From Polaromonas sp. (GTDB lineage Bacteria; Pseudomonadota; Gammaproteobacteria; Burkholderiales; Burkholderiaceae_C), in the NCBI GenBank assembly GCA_038902915.1, contig JBCKNC010000001.1:1350-65349 (forward strand): DNA of 64,000 nucleotides. Direction: 5' to 3'. Each line of letters opens with the position of its first letter. Position 1 is the first letter of the stretch. This document shows positions 31,266 to 40,783 of this stretch, piece after piece. Under the pieces are notes generated by a model. It was not told where the DNA came from. It searched no databases and saw nothing but the letters and a program-made list of their open reading frames with translations. Made by a program: the position numbers and the translations under genes.

Positions 31266-32108
31266 ATGGCCGCAAATATGGAATTCTTCCAGGCCTTGTT
31301 GGCAAAAATGCGCGCTGAATTTATTGGCGAGTTGCCTGAGCGATGCAATAACCTTGATGACTTGATTTTGACGCTGGAAAAATTTCCGCAAGACAGTGAT
31401 GCTTTTGATGCGTTGTATCGCGGTGTGCATAGTTTGAAAGGATCTGGCGGTACCCATGACTTAAGTATCATCACTACCATCTGTCATCAGTTTGAAAATC
31501 TTTTGACCGAGGCCGCTTCGGAAAAGGATTTTGGTGCATCCTTCGCTTCTCGCGCACTGGATTTTGTCGATTGGCTGCGCAAAGAGACCATCAAGGGTGC
31601 GCTAGTCAAGACAGGCGGCACGGCGGCGGCCGTGCAACATCAGGAAGATGCGCAGTACCTGACCTTTCTGCTCGGCGGCGAGATGCTTGCCATCGGCATT
31701 TTAGGTATCAAGGAGATCATCGAATACGCCAGCCTGACAGCCGTGCCGATGATGCCGAGGTTCATCCGCGGGGTGATTAATCTGCGCGGTGTGGTGATGC
31801 CGGTGGTGGATTTGTCGGCCCGCTTTGGTCGCAAATCGTCCGAGATTACGCGGCGCAGTTGCATCGTGATCCTGGAGGTCGAGTCCGACGGGGAGGTGCA
31901 GGACGTCGGCGTGGTGGTGGACTCGGTCTCCGAAGTGCTGGCCATTGCCGCCAGCCAGATCGAACCGCCCCCTTCCTTTGGCACCAAGATTCGCGCCGAT
32001 TTCATCAGCGGCATGGGCAAGGTTAACGGCAAGTTCGTCATCATCCTGAATGCCGACCGCGTGCTCTCGGTCGATGAGATGGCCATGCTGGTGCAGACGG
32101 CCGACTGA
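31266..32108 (+). CDS. Hpt domain-CheW fusion protein
   Basis: N-terminal Hpt (LYRGVHSLKGSGGT); residues from 110 onward are a near copy of CheW1. Confidence 0.85.
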   Translation: MAANMEFFQALLAKMRAEFIGELPERCNNLDDLILTLEKFPQDSDAFDALYRGVHSLKGSGGTHDLSIITTICHQFENLLTEAASEKDFGASFASRALDFVDWLRKETIKGALVKTGGTAAAVQHQEDAQYLTFLLGGEMLAIGILGIKEIIEYASLTAVPMMPRFIRGVINLRGVVMPVVDLSARFGRKSSEITRRSCIVILEVESDGEVQDVGVVVDSVSEVLAIAASQIEPPPSFGTKIRADFISGMGKVNGKFVIILNADRVLSVDEMAMLVQTAD

Positions 32109-32130
32109 GTAGCCGCGCCCGCAACACGCT

Positions 32131-32937
32131 ATGCAAAACCACCAACTAAAAAACGTCGAGTTTGAACAATTTCGGACCTGGCTGCATCGAAGTTCCGGCA
32201 TCAGCCTGGCCCCCAGCAAACAGGCACTGGTCTTCAGTCGCCTGTCCAAAAGACTGCGCCAGCGCGAACTCAACAGCTTTGGCGATTATTTCCGACTGAT
32301 CATGCAGGCCACGGAGACGCTCGAGTTGCAAACCGCGCTCGACCTGCTCACCACCAACGAAACCTCTTTTTTTCGTGAACCCAAGCATTTCGACTTTCTG
32401 CGCACGCAGGTCTTGCCGAATGTGCAGCCGGGGCGGACGTTTCGCCTGTGGAGTGCGGCCAGTTCAAGCGGCGAGGAGCCCTACAGCTTGGCCATGACGC
32501 TGGCCGACGGGCTGGCGAGCACGCCATGGGAAATCGTGGCCTCCGACATCAGCAGCCGCGTGCTGGGAAAAGCCCGCCACGGCCACTACCCCATGGAGCG
32601 GGCCAGCCACATTGCTAAGCAGCAACTCTCCAAGCACTGCCTCAAGGGCGCCGGCTCCCAAGAAGGCAGCTTCCTGATCGAGCGCAAGCTGCGCGACCGG
32701 GTGCAGTTCATGCAGATCAACCTGAACAATGCCTTTCCCAAGATTGGCGAGTTCGACGTGATTTTTCTGCGCAACGTCATGATTTATTTCGATATGGACA
32801 CCAAGCGCCAGGTGGTCGCGCGCATGCTGCCCTTGCTCAGGCCGGGTGGTTATTTCTTCGTGGGTCATTCGGAAAGCCTCAACGGAATCACGGACGCTCT
32901 GACGCTGATCACGCCATCCACCTACCGCAAGCCATGA
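32131..32937 (+). CDS. cheR: Chemotaxis methyltransferase
   Basis: LTTNETSFFRE, WSAASSSGEEPYS, IFLRNVMIYF, GHSES. Confidence 0.96.
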   Translation: MQNHQLKNVEFEQFRTWLHRSSGISLAPSKQALVFSRLSKRLRQRELNSFGDYFRLIMQATETLELQTALDLLTTNETSFFREPKHFDFLRTQVLPNVQPGRTFRLWSAASSSGEEPYSLAMTLADGLASTPWEIVASDISSRVLGKARHGHYPMERASHIAKQQLSKHCLKGAGSQEGSFLIERKLRDRVQFMQINLNNAFPKIGEFDVIFLRNVMIYFDMDTKRQVVARMLPLLRPGGYFFVGHSESLNGITDALTLITPSTYRKP

Positions 32938-33443
32938 ACAAGCCGGCCCATGTCATCGAGATATTTCTGCAGCCGGGTGACTTCTACTTCGGCGATGTGG
33001 ACACGCGCATCCGTACCATTCTCGGCTCATGCGTCGCTATCACGATGTGGCACCCTACACGACTGATAGGCGGCATGTGTCACTACATGCTGCCATCCCG
33101 GGCCGGTGCGGCGGCAGACTCGCTCGATGGCCGCTATGCTGATGAAGCCCTACAAATGTTCCTGCAGGAAATCCGCGCGGCCAAGACACACCCTGCCCAA
33201 TACCGTGTCAAACTGTTCGGGGCGGGCAATATGTTTTCAGGCGTGAGAAACAAAGGAGCGCACAAGTTCGGCCCCAATGTGCCGGACAAAAATAGGGCCA
33301 TTGCCTACTCGCTCATCGAAAAGCATGGCTTCAAGGTTGATGCCGAGAATTTGGGGGGTGACGGTCACCGCCAAGTCCTTTTCGATATCTGGAGCGGCCA
33401 TGCCTGGGTGAGGCATACCCCTGTGTCAAACACAGCGCAATAA
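32934..33443 (+). CDS. cheD: Chemoreceptor glutamine deamidase
   Basis: [28 protein letters not shown]. Confidence 0.93.
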   Translation: MNKPAHVIEIFLQPGDFYFGDVDTRIRTILGSCVAITMWHPTRLIGGMCHYMLPSRAGAAADSLDGRYADEALQMFLQEIRAAKTHPAQYRVKLFGAGNMFSGVRNKGAHKFGPNVPDKNRAIAYSLIEKHGFKVDAENLGGDGHRQVLFDIWSGHAWVRHTPVSNTAQ

Positions 33444-33454
33444 AAGGAGCAGTC

Positions 33455-34525
33455 ATGAAAAAAATAAAGGTCTTGCTGGTGGACGATTCGGCCGTGGTGC
33501 GCCAGGTATTGCAGGCGATCCTGGACGACGAGCCGGACATTGAGGTGATCGGTGTCGCCTCCGACCCTATTTTTGCCATGGAAAAACTCAAGCACGCATG
33601 GCCCGACGTGATTGTGCTGGACGTGGAGATGCCGCGCATGGACGGCATCACCTTCCTCAGACAAATCATGGCCGAGCATCCCACCCCGGTGGTGATCTGC
33701 TCCACGCTGACGGAAAAGGGGGCAGCGACCAGCATGCAGGCGCTGGCCGCCGGGGCGGTCGAAATCATCACAAAACCCAAGATCGGGTTGAAAAGCTTTC
33801 TACAGGAATCGTCTGACCAACTGGTGCAGGCGGTCAGGGCGGCCGCCCAGGCCAATGTCGGCCGTCTGGGGTTATTGGGGTCAGACACCAATAACCCCGT
33901 ACCTGCCAAGCTCAGTGCCGACGCGATACTACCCGCAGGCAGCAGCCACGCCATGGCGCAAACTACCGAGCGCATTGTCGCCATCGGTACCTCCACCGGC
34001 GGCACCCAGGCGCTGGAAGCCATATTGACTGCACTGCCCCGGGTCTGCCCGGGCATCGTCATCGTGCAGCACATGCCGGAAAAATTCACCGCCTCATTTG
34101 CCGAACGGCTCAATGGCCTGTGCCAGATCGAGGTGCGGGAAGCGAAAAACAATGACCGTGTCATTCCCGGCCTGGCCCTCATTGCCCCCGGCGGCAAGCA
34201 CATGCTGCTCAAGCGCAGCGGCGCCTACTATCACGTCGATGTGGTCGATGGCCCGCTGGTCAACCGGCACCGCCCCTCGGCAGATGTGCTGTTTCGCTCG
34301 GTGGCCAAGTTCGCCGGGAAAAATGCCACCGGCATCATCATGACCGGCATGGGCGACGACGGCGCGCGTGGCCTGAAGGAAATGCTCGACGCTGGCGCCA
34401 ATACGGTGGCACAGGATGAAGCTTCGTGCGTGGTGTTCGGCATGCCCAAGGAAGCCATCAAGCTCGGGGCTGCCAAAAAAATCGTGCCGCTGAACGAAAT
34501 TCACCGCGCCATTCTGAACGGCTGA
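33455..34525 (+). CDS. cheB: Chemotaxis methylesterase (REC-CheB)
   Basis: [29 protein letters not shown]. Confidence 0.96.
   Translation: MKKIKVLLVDDSAVVRQVLQAILDDEPDIEVIGVASDPIFAMEKLKHAWPDVIVLDVEMPRMDGITFLRQIMAEHPTPVVICSTLTEKGAATSMQALAAGAVEIITKPKIGLKSFLQESSDQLVQAVRAAAQANVGRLGLLGSDTNNPVPAKLSADAILPAGSSHAMAQTTERIVAIGTSTGGTQALEAILTALPRVCPGIVIVQHMPEKFTASFAERLNGLCQIEVREAKNNDRVIPGLALIAPGGKHMLLKRSGAYYHVDVVDGPLVNRHRPSADVLFRSVAKFAGKNATGIIMTGMGDDGARGLKEMLDAGANTVAQDEASCVVFGMPKEAIKLGAAKKIVPLNEIHRAILNG
33868..33898. repeat. Mini GGGGTCAGA hairpin inside the cheB linker
   Basis: GGGGTTATTGG-GGTCAGACA-CCAATAACCCC, translated [10 protein letters not shown]. Confidence 0.85.
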
Positions 34526-34546
34526 GCCGCAGCGCCATCCTCCTCC

Positions 34547-34589
34547 CAACGCAGCAATTTGCCTGAAAAATGAATTTATATAAGTGCCC
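34547..34589. repeat. Right half of an M1 MITE at the end of the chemosensory cluster
   Basis: CAACGCAGCAATTTGCCTGAAAAATGAATTTATATAAGTGCCC, nearly identical to the right end of the 42108-42331 copy. Confidence 0.8.
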
Positions 34590-34613
34590 TTAACAAACTC
34601 CATCAAGGCAAGC

Positions 34614-35561
34614 ATGAGCTGGCAAACCGTCACATCCCAACCCAATGAACTCGGCGAGTCGCCTTTCTGGCATCCCGACGAGCAGATGCTTTACTGGGTC
34701 GACGGCATAGGCCAACAGATACATCGCCTCAACGTGTTCATGGGCAGCGTAGAAAGCTGGGCCATGCCTTCCGAGCCGGGCTGCATTGCACCTGCCACCT
34801 CGGGTGGTTTAGTCATCGCTTTGCGGGACGGTGTCTATCGCGCCAAGGACTGGGGCGGTGATTTGCAACTTCTGGCGGCTGCCGTTCACGACCCCGCAAC
34901 CACGCGCTTCAATGACGGCAAGGCCGACCCTTGCGGCCGCTTTTGGGTGGGTAGCCTGTATGAGCCGCGCGATGCCAATCTGGCCCAGCTTTTCTGCCTC
35001 GATGCTCGCACCGCTGGCCCGCAAGGCTTAGCGCCTGAGCTTGAAGCTAAGCTAGCCGTTAAGGCAGGCAACGCCATGACTGCCAACGGCCTGGCCTGGT
35101 CACCCGATGCCTCAACCCTTTATTGGGCCGACACGCCCGGCCACATCATCCGCGCCTGGGACTGGGACAGCCGCAGCAATCAGATGAGCCGCGAACGCAT
35201 ATTCAAACAGTGGCCACCCAAGCCGGACGGCTGGCAATCCGGCCTTTCTGGCTATGACGGCTACGTCGGCAGGCCCGATGGCGCTGCGGTCGATGTGCAG
35301 GGCAACTATTACGTCGCCATGTACGAGGGCGCGCGGGTGCTCAAGCTGGGCCCAAGCGGCGAGGTGCTGCAGGACATTCCCGTACCCGTCCAGTGCCCCA
35401 CGATGCCCTGCTTTGGCGGGGCCGATCTGCAAACCCTCTATCTCACGACAGCGCGTCAGAAGCGCCCGGCGGCAGAGCTGCAGCGCTACCCGGAGTCGGG
35501 CTGTGTGTTTTCAATGCAGGTCGATGTGCCGGGGCTTCCGGTCAACTTTTTCATGGGTTAG
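34614..35561 (+). CDS. SMP-30/gluconolactonase family protein
   Basis: LGESPFW, RFNDGKADPCGRFW, ANGLAWSPD, RPDGAAVD, PTMPCFGG. Confidence 0.92.
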   Translation: MSWQTVTSQPNELGESPFWHPDEQMLYWVDGIGQQIHRLNVFMGSVESWAMPSEPGCIAPATSGGLVIALRDGVYRAKDWGGDLQLLAAAVHDPATTRFNDGKADPCGRFWVGSLYEPRDANLAQLFCLDARTAGPQGLAPELEAKLAVKAGNAMTANGLAWSPDASTLYWADTPGHIIRAWDWDSRSNQMSRERIFKQWPPKPDGWQSGLSGYDGYVGRPDGAAVDVQGNYYVAMYEGARVLKLGPSGEVLQDIPVPVQCPTMPCFGGADLQTLYLTTARQKRPAAELQRYPESGCVFSMQVDVPGLPVNFFMG

Positions 35562-35659
35562 TGCAATACTGCACTAGGCGGGCGGCTTGCAAAAAACCGC
35601 ACAGACAGCGTTCAAAAAAATCAATGTAACCCTCGACTGGGCGACGTACTATCTTGGGC

Positions 35660-36820
35660 ATGTCTTCAGATATTAATGCCCCTGATTCCCTGAATGTACT
35701 CACTGTGATGATAGCGCGCATACGTGCGGCTGCGGCTACAGGCGCGCCCCTGAGAATTCGCGGTGGCGGCAGCAAGGACTTTTACGCGCAGGCTCTTCAC
35801 GGCGAGATTCTCGACACCACAGCGCTCTCTGGTGTGGTCAGTTACGAGCCCAGCGAGCTGGTGGTGACAGCGCTTGCAGGCACACCGCTGGCCGAACTGG
35901 AGGCCTTGCTGGCGACCCAGGGCCAGTGCCTGCCGTTTGAGCCGCCGCACTTTGGCAGCCCCGGCAGCAGCACCGTAGGCGGCATGGTTGCCAGCGGTCT
36001 GAGCGGCCCTGCGCGCGCCAGCGTGGGCGCGGTGCGCGACTACGTGCTGGGGCTCAAGCTCATCAATGGCCGGGGTGAGCATCTTACTTTTGGCGGTCAG
36101 GTCATAAAAAATGTCGCGGGCTACGATGTTTCCAGGCTCATGGTGGGTGCTATGGGCACGCTGGGTTTAATCACCGAGGTGAGCTTGAAGGTGCTGCCTA
36201 TTCCCCCGCTTGAGGCAACTTTGCAGTTTGAATGCACTCAGACACAGGCCCTGAGCTGGCTCAATGCCTGGGGTGGCCAGAGCCTGCCGCTCAACGCAAG
36301 CTGCTGGGTGGATGACAAGGGGGGCAATGGTGTTGGCACGCTCTACCTGCGGCTGCGTGGCGCGCGTGCGGCGGTGGATGCCGCCTGCAAAACCCTGGGT
36401 GGGCAGCGCCAGGACAACGCCGAAGTAGCGGCAGACTGGCAGGCTTGCCGTGACCAGCAACTGCCCTGGTTTAAAGAACGCAGCGACGCACAAGACCTGT
36501 GGCGCTTGTCGGTGCCGCAGACCACGCCAGCCATGCCTGCGATACCTGCAATGAGCGCTTTCGGCTCGCCCTTGATCGAATGGCACGGCGGCCTGCGCTG
36601 GGTGCGCGCCGACGCAGCGCAAGCGCAGCAACTGCGTGAGGCAGCCCAAAGTGCCGGTGGACACGCTACGCTTTTCATAGCTGGTAACTCCTGTAAAAAG
36701 GGCGTAACAGCCGTATTTGATGTTTTAAAACCGCCCCTAGACCGGATTCATCGGGAACTGAAACGCGAATTTGACCCGGCGGGCATCTTCAACCCGCAGC
36801 GGATGTATTCTGATTTCTAG
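35660..36820 (+). CDS. glcE: Glycolate oxidase FAD-binding subunit
   Basis: GGGSKDFY, YEPSELVVT, FGGQVIKNVAGYDVSRL, FDPAGIFN. Confidence 0.93.
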   Translation: MSSDINAPDSLNVLTVMIARIRAAAATGAPLRIRGGGSKDFYAQALHGEILDTTALSGVVSYEPSELVVTALAGTPLAELEALLATQGQCLPFEPPHFGSPGSSTVGGMVASGLSGPARASVGAVRDYVLGLKLINGRGEHLTFGGQVIKNVAGYDVSRLMVGAMGTLGLITEVSLKVLPIPPLEATLQFECTQTQALSWLNAWGGQSLPLNASCWVDDKGGNGVGTLYLRLRGARAAVDAACKTLGGQRQDNAEVAADWQACRDQQLPWFKERSDAQDLWRLSVPQTTPAMPAIPAMSAFGSPLIEWHGGLRWVRADAAQAQQLREAAQSAGGHATLFIAGNSCKKGVTAVFDVLKPPLDRIHRELKREFDPAGIFNPQRMYSDF

Positions 36821-36842
36821 AAGTACCCTAGCTGTCCGCAAT

Positions 36843-38084
36843 ATGCAAACCAAGCTCTCCCCCGAATTCAAAAACACAGCCGACGGTCAACAGGCCGAAG
36901 CGATTATTAGCAAGTGCACGCATTGCGGTTTTTGCAACGCCACCTGCCCAACCTACCAGTTGCTCGGCGACGAACTCGATGGCCCGCGTGGCCGCATCTA
37001 CCTGATCAAGCAGGTGCTTGAAGGCCAGGCGCCGACGCGCAAAACGCAACTGCACCTGGACCGCTGCCTGACCTGCCGCAACTGCGAGACCACCTGCCCC
37101 AGCGGCGTGCAGTTTGGCCACCTCATCGACATTGGCCGCAAGCTGGTGGATGAACACGTTGAGCGGCCTAGCGCTGAAAAGGCATTGCGCTGGGTTTTGA
37201 AAGAAGGCCTGCCATCACCCCTGTTTGCGCCCGCCATGAAAGCGGGCCAGGCCGTGCGCGGCCTGCTGCCCAAGTCACTCAAGGCGAAAGTGCCTGCCCG
37301 CCAAAATGCGGGTACACGGCCCACAGCCACGCACGCCCGAAAAATGCTGCTGTTGGAAGGCTGCGTGCAACCCGTCATGATGCCCAACATCAACAACGCC
37401 AGCATGCGCGTGCTGGATGCCGCCGGTGTTGAAGTCATCACCGCCGCTAAAGCGGGCTGCTGCGGCGCGGTGAAGTTTCACCTCAACGACCAGGACGGCG
37501 GCAAGCTTGAGATGCGGCGCAACATTGATGCCTGGTGGCCGTATGTTGATTCAGAAGGCGACAGTGGTGTTGAGGCGATTGTGATGAACGCATCGGGCTG
37601 CGGCGTGACTGTAAAAGAGTACGGCTACCTATTAAAAGACGACCCGGTTTATGCCGTCAAGGCGGCGCGCATCAGTGCCTTGACGCGCGACCTGAGCGAG
37701 CTGCTGCCAGATCTGGTGGAGGTCTTGCGTGGAAAAGTATCTAGCAAGGCCGGCAGCATCGCTTTTCACCCGCCCTGCACCCTGCAACACGGCCAGCAAC
37801 TGCGCGGAGGTGTTGAGCAGCACCTGGGCGCGCTCGGCTTTGACATCAAGGCGGCCAACTGCGAAGCGCACCTGTGCTGCGGTTCAGCCGGTACCTACTC
37901 AGTCCTCAACCCCGACATTGCTTACCAGCTGCGCGACCGCAAGCTGAAAAATTTGAGCGAATTGAGCCCCGACACCATCGCCTCAGCCAACATCGGCTGC
38001 ATCACGCATTTGCAAAGCGGCACGGCCACTCCGGTGCGGCATTGGGTTGAGGTGTTGGATGAGGCGTTGCGCCCAGTGGTTTGA
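36843..38084 (+). CDS. glcF: Glycolate oxidase iron-sulfur subunit
   Basis: CTHCGFCNATCP, CLTCRNCETTCP, CCG domains. Confidence 0.95.
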   Translation: MQTKLSPEFKNTADGQQAEAIISKCTHCGFCNATCPTYQLLGDELDGPRGRIYLIKQVLEGQAPTRKTQLHLDRCLTCRNCETTCPSGVQFGHLIDIGRKLVDEHVERPSAEKALRWVLKEGLPSPLFAPAMKAGQAVRGLLPKSLKAKVPARQNAGTRPTATHARKMLLLEGCVQPVMMPNINNASMRVLDAAGVEVITAAKAGCCGAVKFHLNDQDGGKLEMRRNIDAWWPYVDSEGDSGVEAIVMNASGCGVTVKEYGYLLKDDPVYAVKAARISALTRDLSELLPDLVEVLRGKVSSKAGSIAFHPPCTLQHGQQLRGGVEQHLGALGFDIKAANCEAHLCCGSAGTYSVLNPDIAYQLRDRKLKNLSELSPDTIASANIGCITHLQSGTATPVRHWVEVLDEALRPVV

Positions 38085-38197
38085 GCGCTTGGGGACTGGC
38101 CACTACCCAAAGGCAGACGACCTGAGAATCAATGCGTAAAGGATGAGTCGTGCCGAATTTTTGACATGCTTATGTTGAAGCACAAGACCTGACCGCT

Positions 38198-38350
38198 CGC
38201 AGTACCGTTTGAGACCGAGGGACAACATAACCCCGGTCGAGGGAAGGAACCCTGCTTTGTTCACGCAACCAACGAGTGGAAGGAAAGGGAATTGCCGTGT
38301 TGCTAACCACCCCTGAAGCTATCAGGACACTACAGAGGAAGCTTTATCAG
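38198..38350 (+). mobile_element. Internal fragment of a group II intron (domain III-like region and start of the intron-encoded RT)
   Basis: GCAGTACC...CCCCGGTCGAGGGAAGG...CCTGC, then GTG at 38297: LLTTPEAIRTLQRKLY, a typical IEP N-terminus; homology ends there. Confidence 0.65.
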
Positions 38351-38587
38351 GGTCTGCTGCAAACAATTGCAGCGAAATATGACCGTTTGTAGCTTTGCTG
38401 TCCGCAAGCCTTGCACTGCCCAATTGCAACGACCCTGAATACGAAGTTGGTGATATCAAAATTGCTGTAGGATAAAAACAGAGAAGAAATTCCGAGGTTA
38501 ATCGCTTCGCGATGTCACCTCGGCTGGATTTGTGTTGGCCGATTCTTGACAAAGTGGGAAGTCCCTTGTAGCGACAGAACCAAATCT

Positions 38588-38977
38588 TCAGTGTTTTGTA
38601 TCAGTTTTCCCGGAGTTATTGGGGTCAGACACCAATTTCGCTGCGGTGCACCGCACCGCGCCCTCCGGGCGAGCCGTAGGCTCGGCGAATTTGGGCTCTG
38701 ACCCCAATAACTCCCGACCGTACATGAGCTTCATGAACAAAATGGCCAGCGCCAAAGCCAGTGTGATCACGTTGGCCACCACGATGGGCCAGGCGCGCAG
38801 CAGCAGCCCGTAAGCCAGCCACAGCGCCACACCCGCCGTGAACAGGCTGTACATGCCGAGCGACACACCGCTGACATCGCGCGTCCTGAAGCTGTGCCAG
38901 GCCTGCGGCAAAAAGCTCACCGTGGTCAGGCAGGCGGCGAGCGAGCCGACAACGTCGGTCCAGAACGGGTTCAGCAT
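38588..38977 (-). CDS. SemiSWEET/PQ-loop transporter with a repeat-derived C-terminal extension
   Basis: LTTVSFLPQ, RDVSGVSLGMY, WLAYG, PIVVAN; last ~40 aa come largely from the palindromic repeat. Confidence 0.9.
   Translation of the reverse strand: MLNPFWTDVVGSLAACLTTVSFLPQAWHSFRTRDVSGVSLGMYSLFTAGVALWLAYGLLLRAWPIVVANVITLALALAILFMKLMYGRELLGSEPKFAEPTARPEGAVRCTAAKLVSDPNNSGKTDTKH
38612..38714. repeat. Type A GGGGTCAGA palindrome within the SemiSWEET ORF
   Basis: GGAGTTATTGGGGTCAGACACC...GGGCTCTGACCCCAATAACTCC. Confidence 0.9.
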
Positions 38978-40518
38978 CAGCGCTTGCCTTCCTTTACAGT
39001 CCAGTCCAGCAGTGCATCGAGTGCGCCACGCGCGGCTAGCGCATTCGGGTGGTTGATGAGGCCGACCACGATGTAACGTGCGCCGCTCTGGCCGTTGGCG
39101 TAGCCAGCAATCGCCACCACGTCGCGCAGCGCGCCGGTTTTGACAAAGGCCTGGCCCGCCACGCCTTTGGCGCGTTCGCGCATGGTGGCATCGACTCCAG
39201 CAACGGGCAGCGAATCAGCCAGATCGTTGGGGCGCGGGCTTTTGGCCGCGTGCGTCAACAGGGCTGACAGACTGCTGGCTGCGATGCGTTCATTGCGGCT
39301 CAGGCCGGAGCCGTTGTCCATCAGGGGCGCTGCACTGCCGGGCAGGTTTTTAAGCCACCAGTTGGCCAGTGCCGCCCGGCTTGACTCCAGCGTTCCGCTT
39401 TTGACCTGGCCCAGGTTGGAATGCAGCCCCAGCGTCAGAAAAAGATGCTGGGCCATGACGTTGTTTGAATATTTGTTCACATCACGCACCACGTCGAGTA
39501 GCGGCAGCGACTGGCCTTCAAACTGCGCGGCGGCCTTTGCGCCCGACAGCGTTCCAGTGGCGCGGTTTTGGCGCAGCATGGCCAGCTCCTGGCTGCTTGC
39601 ATCGCGCACCACACCAGTCAACAGCCCGCCCAGCAAGCGCCATGAGCCCTCCACCGCACGCGCGGCAAAGCTGGCCGGGTCGGCATAGGCGCTGGGCCAA
39701 ACCTTCACGCCGCAGGCCGATGAATAGCTGCCCATAAAATCTATTTTGTTGGGGTTGTCCACGCTGGCGCGCAGCTCGCTGCGCCAGTCGCCGCAACGGG
39801 CAACACGTACCAACGCTACGCTCTCGGCCACCTGCACACCGGCCAGCGGTGGTTCAAAGCGCACCAGCGTGCGGTTGCTGGGCAAGTCAGGCGTGAAGGT
39901 CATCACCAGCGACTTGAAATTAATCAAGAGCGCATCAGGCCGCGCGTTGTAGGGCCGCAGCGGCTCGCCATCAAACTCGCCGGGGTCAGTGGCGGGCACC
40001 GCAAAGGCACTGCGGTCCAGCACGATGTCGCCGTGAATGACACGCGCGCCAGTGGCCTGCACCTGCATCAACAGGGCTTGCAGGCGCTCGACCACCAGCT
40101 TGGGATCGCCACCGCCTTGCACCACCATATTGCCGTTCAGCAGCACGTTGGTCGAGCCGCCGATCACGTTGCCGTCCAACGTGATTCTGGTTTTCCAGAT
40201 GAAGTCCGGGCCCAGCGCGTCGAGCGCCGAATACGTAGTGACCAGCTTCATCACCGATGCCGGGTTCATTGGCACATCAGCACGGTAGCTCAGGCGCGGT
40301 GGCTGTTTGCCAGAGCTGTCGATGACCAGCAGCGATACCGCCTCGCGCGGCACCTGCGCACGCGTAAGCGCTTTTTCGATGGCCTCTGGCAGGCGCGGTG
40401 CTGGCGATTTCTGGGCCTGGCTTGGGCTGCTTGCAAAGGTGAATAAAACACTCAGGGCGAGAAGAACCAGGGAGGCTTTGGGGCGCAGCGCTCGCAGGGC
40501 AAACAAGTCATGAATCAT
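38977..40518 (-). CDS. dacB: D-alanyl-D-alanine carboxypeptidase/endopeptidase PBP4
   Basis: PASVMK (SxxK), KYSNN (SxN), KTG, NGSGLSR, GGGDP. Confidence 0.92.
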   Translation of the reverse strand: MIHDLFALRALRPKASLVLLALSVLFTFASSPSQAQKSPAPRLPEAIEKALTRAQVPREAVSLLVIDSSGKQPPRLSYRADVPMNPASVMKLVTTYSALDALGPDFIWKTRITLDGNVIGGSTNVLLNGNMVVQGGGDPKLVVERLQALLMQVQATGARVIHGDIVLDRSAFAVPATDPGEFDGEPLRPYNARPDALLINFKSLVMTFTPDLPSNRTLVRFEPPLAGVQVAESVALVRVARCGDWRSELRASVDNPNKIDFMGSYSSACGVKVWPSAYADPASFAARAVEGSWRLLGGLLTGVVRDASSQELAMLRQNRATGTLSGAKAAAQFEGQSLPLLDVVRDVNKYSNNVMAQHLFLTLGLHSNLGQVKSGTLESSRAALANWWLKNLPGSAAPLMDNGSGLSRNERIAASSLSALLTHAAKSPRPNDLADSLPVAGVDATMRERAKGVAGQAFVKTGALRDVVAIAGYANGQSGARYIVVGLINHPNALAARGALDALLDWTVKEGKR

Positions 40519-40583
40519 GTGGCAATTATCGGGGCTAGACTCGAAAATGGCCGCAGGCGGAGATAATCATTCAAACGTCTGGC

Positions 40584-40701
40584 GTAACTACTCAGGTCCC
40601 TGTAGGGTGGGCACCGCCCACGTAATCCCCGACTTGGCCGCATTCATGAAGCCAGCGTGGGCAGTGCCCACCCTACGAATCAGCAAGACCTAAGTAGTTA
40701 C
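40584..40701. mobile_element. 118-bp MITE with 8-bp target duplication enclosing a GTAG REP doublet
   Basis: Ends GTAACTACTCAGGTC / GACCTAAGTAGTTAC; direct repeat CGTCTGGC at 40576-40583 and 40702-40709; internal GTAGGGTGGGCACCGCCCAC ... GTGGGCAGTGCCCACCCTAC. Confidence 0.85.
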
Positions 40702-40783
40702 CGTCTGGCGTGTGATTCGCTATTTTTTTAATAGCTGGTCCCATGCGTATTTATTGACTTGCAGCTATTTTTTTACCTGAAAA

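Noticed and set aside
35660-38084. glcE-glcF without an adjacent glcD
   Set aside because: glcD is often unlinked in Burkholderiales; cannot be judged from one window.
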